Assembly: GCA_041686345.1 (NCBI GenBank)
Contig: JAWLEA010000002.1
Location: forward strand, 5,318 to 69,317
Direction of reading: 5' to 3'
Length of the DNA: 64,000 bases
Source: Polyangia bacterium
GTDB lineage: Bacteria > Myxococcota_A > Polyangia > HGW-17
In this document: piece by piece, positions 59,068 through 64,000 of the stretch
Numbering within the stretch: the stretch's first letter is position 1
Layout: the number at the start of each line of letters is the position of its first letter
Translations under genes and position numbers: made by a program
Notes under the pieces: generated by a model
Told to the model about the DNA's origin: nothing
Database searches by the model: none
What the model saw: only the letters and a program-made list of their open reading frames with translations

Positions 59068-60132
59068 TCAATAACACCCGGTATCACTGTCACTATTCAA
59101 CAGTTGACAATTTTCGTCAGGCATTTCTATTTCAATAGTGCAATGATTGATATTATAAGTCTTCAACAAAGCCCTGATTTTTTTTCTCAAGTCTTTGATT
59201 TTGGCCGGCTCTGTGATTATCTCCTTAATCCGAACATGAACAGTAAAAACATGGTTAAAACCGTCAAGCGTCCATAAATGGAGATGGTGAACAGAATAAA
59301 CCTCCTCCATGTCTGCAATGATCTTTTTTATTTTGTCTGCATCAATTCCTGCAGGGGATTTCTGAAGAAGAATAGAAATGGTATATTTGAAATTACGAAT
59401 CAAATTGTAAACAATCCACAAGGTTATCAAAAGGGAAAGAAGGGGATCGAGAAAATAAAAATCATAAAAAATTAAAATCACACCAGTAACAGCTACTGCC
59501 GCCCATCCGAGAAAATCCTCCAATAAATGCAACATCACAATCCGGGAATTTACTCCTTCATTGCGACTTAATTTAAAAACAGCCAGGCCATTGACCAAAA
59601 TCCCTCCCAGGGCAAAACCGATCATGCCTAAATGGTTGACCGGCTCCGGAGCAAATAAGCGGGGAAGAGCCTTCATCAATACAAAAACAGAACCGGCAGA
59701 GAGAACCACAGTACTTACCAGAGCACCGAGAAGAGAGAATCTCCGATAACCAAAAGTATAAAAACCATTCCCCTTTTTTTCGCTCTTTTTTTCAAGATAC
59801 CAGGAAGCTCCCAGAGAAAGAGTATCCCCCAAATCGTGGACAGCGTCGGCAACAATAGCTGTGGAGTTGGTCCATAATCCACCAAATATTTCTATGACAG
59901 TAAAAAATAAATTCAGGAAAAAAGCAGTTGAAATAGATTTGGTTTCACTGTGATGATGAACATGGTGATGAGAGTTTTTTTCTTTTTTATTTTCAGGATG
60001 TTTATTACTATCAACTCCTTCAGTACTAATGGGTTTGGAATTTGATAATTTCATGAATAAATCCTTGGACAAAATATTCTCAAGCAATGAAACAATGGTA
60101 TACTTGGAAATATTCTGTTTTTCAAGTTCCAT
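59068..60132 (-). CDS. Cation diffusion facilitator family metal exporter with His-rich N-terminus
   Basis: Six TM helices and a C-terminal cytoplasmic domain. HD/DD metal-site residues (HDLGD, HLLED). N-terminal KNSHHHVHHHSE. Confidence 0.8.
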   Translation of the reverse strand: MELEKQNISKYTIVSLLENILSKDLFMKLSNSKPISTEGVDSNKHPENKKEKNSHHHVHHHSETKSISTAFFLNLFFTVIEIFGGLWTNSTAIVADAVHDLGDTLSLGASWYLEKKSEKKGNGFYTFGYRRFSLLGALVSTVVLSAGSVFVLMKALPRLFAPEPVNHLGMIGFALGGILVNGLAVFKLSRNEGVNSRIVMLHLLEDFLGWAAVAVTGVILIFYDFYFLDPLLSLLITLWIVYNLIRNFKYTISILLQKSPAGIDADKIKKIIADMEEVYSVHHLHLWTLDGFNHVFTVHVRIKEIITEPAKIKDLRKKIRALLKTYNINHCTIEIEMPDENCQLLNSDSDTGCY

Positions 60133-60310
60133 TCAATTATTGAAATCCCATTTTGAATCACAAATCTTAAGATTGACAAAAATCCACTTCAGTCAACTTG
60201 ATTAATTAAGTTTGTACTGTTATTGTACTTAAACTTGGATTGGTTTAATTGTTTTAAAACTTGATGATTTGACTGAAAAGTTAATATTTTTTTAATACAA
60301 ATGATTATTC

Positions 60311-60455
60311 AGTTCCCATCTAAAATGGCTGGTCACCCTGAGAAACAGTGAAGTTGATTCTGTCAACTTGATTGTAACCATTATTAAACAGCAGTTATAA
60401 TGTCTGCCGGGTTGGTTCTTGCATTTCATTCAACTTCAACCCTAGAAGGGGAACT
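60311..60455. repeat. Degenerate MITE-like copy with divergent interior
   Basis: Left CAGTTCCCATCTAAAATGGCTGG and right GAAGGGGAACTAC resemble the two TIRs. The interior carries the direct repeat GTCAACTTGATT. Confidence 0.4.
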
Positions 60456-60531
60456 ACTTTTTTTCAACTTTTTCAACAAAACCTAGAATTTTTAACAGTT
60501 CCGGTATTATTTTCAGAGCGGATAATCTACG

Positions 60532-61488
60532 ATGGCGGATGATCAAAAAATAATCATTGGTGTCTTTGGCAGAACAGACGTCGGTACTGTTCGAGATCAT
60601 AATGAAGATAATTTTCTGGTGGCAAACCTTTCTACTGGAGAAAACTCCCTCAAACCAGAAATCAGAAATCATGAATTAAAAGATGAAGGATCTATTTTTA
60701 TGGTTTGTGACGGCATGGGAGGAGCTGCTGCCGGTGAAGTGGCAAGTCAAATTGCTACCACCAGTATTTTTGAGAAACTCAAAGAACTGGGAAAACCTGA
60801 AAATCGCAAAAGCCTGGCTTTAAATATGGTAAAAGCCATTAAACACGCCAATTCAGCCATTTACCAGGAAGCTCAGCAAAACAGAGCGAAACAGGGAATG
60901 GGAACCACCTGTACTCTGGCAGCTCTCATGGATGACATTATTCTGGTGGGACAGGTGGGCGATTCGAGAGCCTATCTCATTCGACACCACCAGATGTATC
61001 AGATGACCCAGGATCAAACCTTGTTGAATCGCCTTCTTGAAGTGGGAAAACTCTCCGACGATGAAGCTGCCAAGTTTGAACACAACCATGTTATTTTGCA
61101 AGCTCTTGGAGTAAAAAATAAAGTGGAACCAGTTCTCAGTGCAGCAGAAATAGCTCCTGGAGATTCACTGCTTTTGTGTTCCGACGGACTCAACGATGCC
61201 CTCAACGATAAAGAAATTCTCCAGATAATTAACAATCATGATATCCATAATCAAGTTGAGATCTGCCAGGCCCTCACTCAACAAGCCTGTCAAAAAGGAG
61301 CCAAAGATAATGTAACAGTTATTTTTGCTACCTTTTCCGGGCAAGGTTACGGGCCCGGCGATCTTCAAAGTGAAATACCCTATATCAAAATTCCCAAAAC
61401 CAAAATAGACTCCAACTATCTACTTAATCGTTCTCACAAAAAAACAACTGAAACCACTCAGGTTTTCGGTTCCTTCAATCTTGAATAA
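60532..61488 (+). CDS. PP2C-family Ser/Thr phosphatase
   Basis: GRTDVGTVRDHNED, MVCDGMGGAAAGEVAS, DGLND and the C-terminal DNVTV are PP2C metal-binding motifs. Confidence 0.85.
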   Translation: MADDQKIIIGVFGRTDVGTVRDHNEDNFLVANLSTGENSLKPEIRNHELKDEGSIFMVCDGMGGAAAGEVASQIATTSIFEKLKELGKPENRKSLALNMVKAIKHANSAIYQEAQQNRAKQGMGTTCTLAALMDDIILVGQVGDSRAYLIRHHQMYQMTQDQTLLNRLLEVGKLSDDEAAKFEHNHVILQALGVKNKVEPVLSAAEIAPGDSLLLCSDGLNDALNDKEILQIINNHDIHNQVEICQALTQQACQKGAKDNVTVIFATFSGQGYGPGDLQSEIPYIKIPKTKIDSNYLLNRSHKKTTETTQVFGSFNLE

Positions 61489-61514
61489 TCTTTTTCAAAC
61501 CTTTACGGTGTTTC

Positions 61515-62423
61515 ATGTTTTTTCTTTTTTTATCACTGCTGATTTTTTCTAATCCTTCAGATGAAACGAAAATTGCCATCCGCCATAACATCTCCAATGA
61601 AAATTGTACAAAAACTCTTTTCTTCACCTATTTTGCCAAAAATCCTGAATCTTTTCTCAATAAACAGGAATTGGAATTTATCAAACATTGCGAACAAAAA
61701 CTGATCTATACTTCCACAATCAAGCAAGTTACTTCCTCTTCACCTTTTTTCGGCTTCAAATTTCCTTCAACCTCTCTCAAGTTTAAAAACAATCCAATTG
61801 TCCACATTCCCGGAGGATCATGGTTCACTGGTTGGATTCCCAGGCAACTGCCTTATTTGAAAAATAAATTAAAATCCATGAAAATCTCCAAACTTAACCG
61901 CAAATTCAATCCCATTAAAACCGGAAAGTGGATCAAAGCCAAAGCTTTCAAAATCACCACCTGGGAAATTTCCCGGAAATCATACAAAACTGAAAAAATA
62001 ACTTCCAGTTCCGGCAAAGCCAAAACCGGTCTGAGTTTTTCCCAAGCCCGAAAATTTTGCCAAAAACTTGGTGGTGATCTGCCCACTCAAATTCAGTGGG
62101 TAATAGCCGCTCGCGGTTCCCAATACCAGAGACTTTTTACCTGGGGTGAATCTATCCCCCTCAATTGCCAGGATAAAACAGCTCAGAAATGTAATACCGG
62201 AAAGACCAAATACGATATTTCTCCTTGGGGAGTTAAAGGCATGGGCAGTCGAGTTTCAGAATGGGTCAGAGGAGGAAATCCTCCCCAAGGATATGCTTTA
62301 ACCAAAGGTGGAAGTAATAAAAGTTCATATTTTTGGAATATTATCCCCATTAGAAAATTGGAAAAAGTCAATGCAAATAATATCGGGTTTCGTTGTGTTT
62401 TTCCAATTATCAAAACTTCTTGA
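61515..62423 (+). CDS. Secreted protein with C-terminal FGE-sulfatase (SUMF1-like) domain
   Basis: Signal peptide. SFSQARKFCQKLGGDLPTQIQWVIAARG, TWGE, SPWGVKGMGSRVSEWV and NNIGFRCV match FGE-sulfatase domain blocks. Confidence 0.65.
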   Translation: MFFLFLSLLIFSNPSDETKIAIRHNISNENCTKTLFFTYFAKNPESFLNKQELEFIKHCEQKLIYTSTIKQVTSSSPFFGFKFPSTSLKFKNNPIVHIPGGSWFTGWIPRQLPYLKNKLKSMKISKLNRKFNPIKTGKWIKAKAFKITTWEISRKSYKTEKITSSSGKAKTGLSFSQARKFCQKLGGDLPTQIQWVIAARGSQYQRLFTWGESIPLNCQDKTAQKCNTGKTKYDISPWGVKGMGSRVSEWVRGGNPPQGYALTKGGSNKSSYFWNIIPIRKLEKVNANNIGFRCVFPIIKTS

Positions 62424-62435
62424 AAAGATCCCCCA

Positions 62436-63999
62436 TGACAAATTCAACTTGTCCTTTTTGTGGACTTAAAACAAAAGCAGGGGAAAAAAGAAAACATCTG
62501 TTTAAAATTGATGGTAAACAACCAACTTGGTTAAGCGGCGATAAAAACGGCTGTATTTTCTCCATCAATAAAGATACAAACGGCCTGGAATGGGGTAAAG
62601 TTCTTGATCCTGCACTTAAAACCAATTCCAATCTGCAAAACATCATCAAACATGAACAGCAACTTGAAAAACAACATCTTTTGAACAGAATCATCCAACA
62701 ACCTGATTTTCTGCTGATTTCCCATCTCAAACCCAATTTCTGGATTCCCCTGGCAGCTTGGAAACTCAAATATAAAACCATTTCAGTTGAACTTTTATGG
62801 TCCTGGTTCAAAATTATTGTTTCAAAGTGTAGCAATCTGCATGAACTTAATATCTATCATGGCAATATCTCGGAAGAATCCCTCATTATCAATGAAAAGG
62901 GAGAAGGCAATATTAACGATTGCAAATTATCCCAACTGGGATTCAATTATTTAACTGCTCAAAAAAGCGAAGAGAATATCCAACAGGATCTGACCATGAT
63001 TTCCAATTTGTTTTTAAATTATCTTGAACAATTGCCGGATAATTTTAAAAACAGATCTTTCAAAAATCTCCTTTTGGAAATCGAAGCCGGAAAATATTCT
63101 GACGCCAAAGAAATTAACCACGTTATAAAACCCTTTGAACGTCTTCATCTGTACGCATCAAGCCAAACTCAATCTCAAACAAAAGCACAAACAACTCCCT
63201 GGAAAAAATATCTCCTCTATTTTTTCCCTCTGCTGTTTATTCTTTCTCTCATTATTGCTTATCTGGGTTCACCTGAAAAGGATTTGAGTTTTCAACAATA
63301 TCAACCCTACACCCGACCTAAAACAAAAACCGCTCCCAAGCCGGATCTGATCATCGATAGTTATAAAGGAGTCTGGAACAGTAAATTTCCCTTGCACCGA
63401 GTAGATAAAAGAGGAGATCTCTACATTTATCTGAATCTGGAATTGATTAAACAGCACAACCTTCAAAGTTTGATTCAAATTTCAAAGTTTCTGGGCTATA
63501 AATTCAAATTATCCTGTCTTGATCGCTCCCGGGAATGTTTCAGCATATTCAAATATGATTCAAAAAGAAATTTGATGGCTCTGCGTTTGCTTGTGGAGAA
63601 AAAAATTGACGATTCCGCCAGGAACTCAGTTAAAAAATCAACAGAAAATTCTAAAACCAATTTCTGGCAAACCACTTATCGTCGTAAATTCAAGTTTGCC
63701 AAAAATCTGGAAACTCCGGATTTTTTATTCGGATTATCAGGAAAACTATTGAAAAAAATCAATTATAACCCCAGAAAAATTCAGGATGAACTAGCTTTGA
63801 TCTATTGGAAATATCAAGAAGGGAGCGTTAGGCGCAAATCGATCTGGAATTATCTTTTTGGCGGAATCCATCCTTCCAATTGTCTCATCAGAATCTATCT
63901 CAAAAATGATACTCCCTATCTCGGATTCAGTGGTTTTTTCCCCAATTCTGCCAATGCTGAAAGTGCGGCCAGACAACTAAATTCCCTGGCTCAATCTTA
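62436..63999 (+). CDS. Zinc-ribbon protein with probable pseudokinase core (partial; continues past the window end)
   Basis: No stop before the window end, so it is absent from the ORF track. N-terminal CPFCG. LHELNIYHGNISEESLIINEKGEGNINDCKLSQ aligns with kinase subdomains VIb-VII (LH..GIIHRDLKPENILI...G.IKL.DFGLS), with HRD replaced by HGN and DFG replaced by DCK. One internal TM helix (LLYFFPLLFILSLIIAYL). Confidence 0.5.
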
Positions 64000-64000
64000 T

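Noticed and set aside
1-63999. CRISPR arrays, tRNA genes, rRNA, integrases or prophage, restriction-modification genes
   Set aside because: I scanned every intergenic gap. There are no spacer-repeat arrays, no tRNA cloverleaf candidates, and no recombinase or phage structural genes. The only periodic repeats are the MITE family.

Overview
This is an AT-rich (about 35-40% GC by eye), gene-dense stretch of a Gram-negative bacterial chromosome, and about 90% of it is coding. I could not identify the organism. Recognisable content, in window order: a TelA-like coiled-coil protein; a cytoplasmic PAS histidine kinase; ComEA; a maltodextrin locus (LamB-family maltoporin plus a lipoprotein GH13 alpha-amylase); an FHA-GGDEF diguanylate cyclase; glycerol kinase; two Hanks-type Ser/Thr kinases with an unusual catalytic loop; a patatin-like phospholipase; a complete seven-gene V-type ATPase operon of the Bacteroidetes/FCB type (E, DUF2764-like, A, B, D, I, K, with no C/F/G subunits); a rhomboid protease; an orphan YscJ/SctJ-family lipoprotein; a HicB-like RHH protein; efp-epmA; CapA; glmM; pdxJ; nnr; a complete rnfABCDGE operon; tcdA; a Tex-like S1 protein; RNase P RNA (rnpB, minus strand, missed by the ORF track); proS; a multi-TM histidine kinase; a CDF metal exporter; and a PP2C phosphatase followed by an FGE-domain protein and a probable pseudokinase. 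The most striking non-genic structure is a family of about 170-bp MITE-like inverted-repeat elements. There are six full copies, one internally deleted mini copy, one degenerate copy and at least four solo-end remnants. All are intergenic, occur in both orientations, and end in the palindrome AACTAGTT. No CRISPR array, tRNA, rRNA, prophage or classical defence island is visible. The candidate novel items are: the repeat family; the orphan SctJ lipoprotein; highly basic low-complexity tails on otherwise unrelated proteins, including RnfB and RnfG; the Ser/Thr-kinase modules (eSTK with coiled-coil giant and divergent patatin, eSTK with HEAT protein, PP2C with FGE and pseudokinase); and the FHA-GGDEF fusion.
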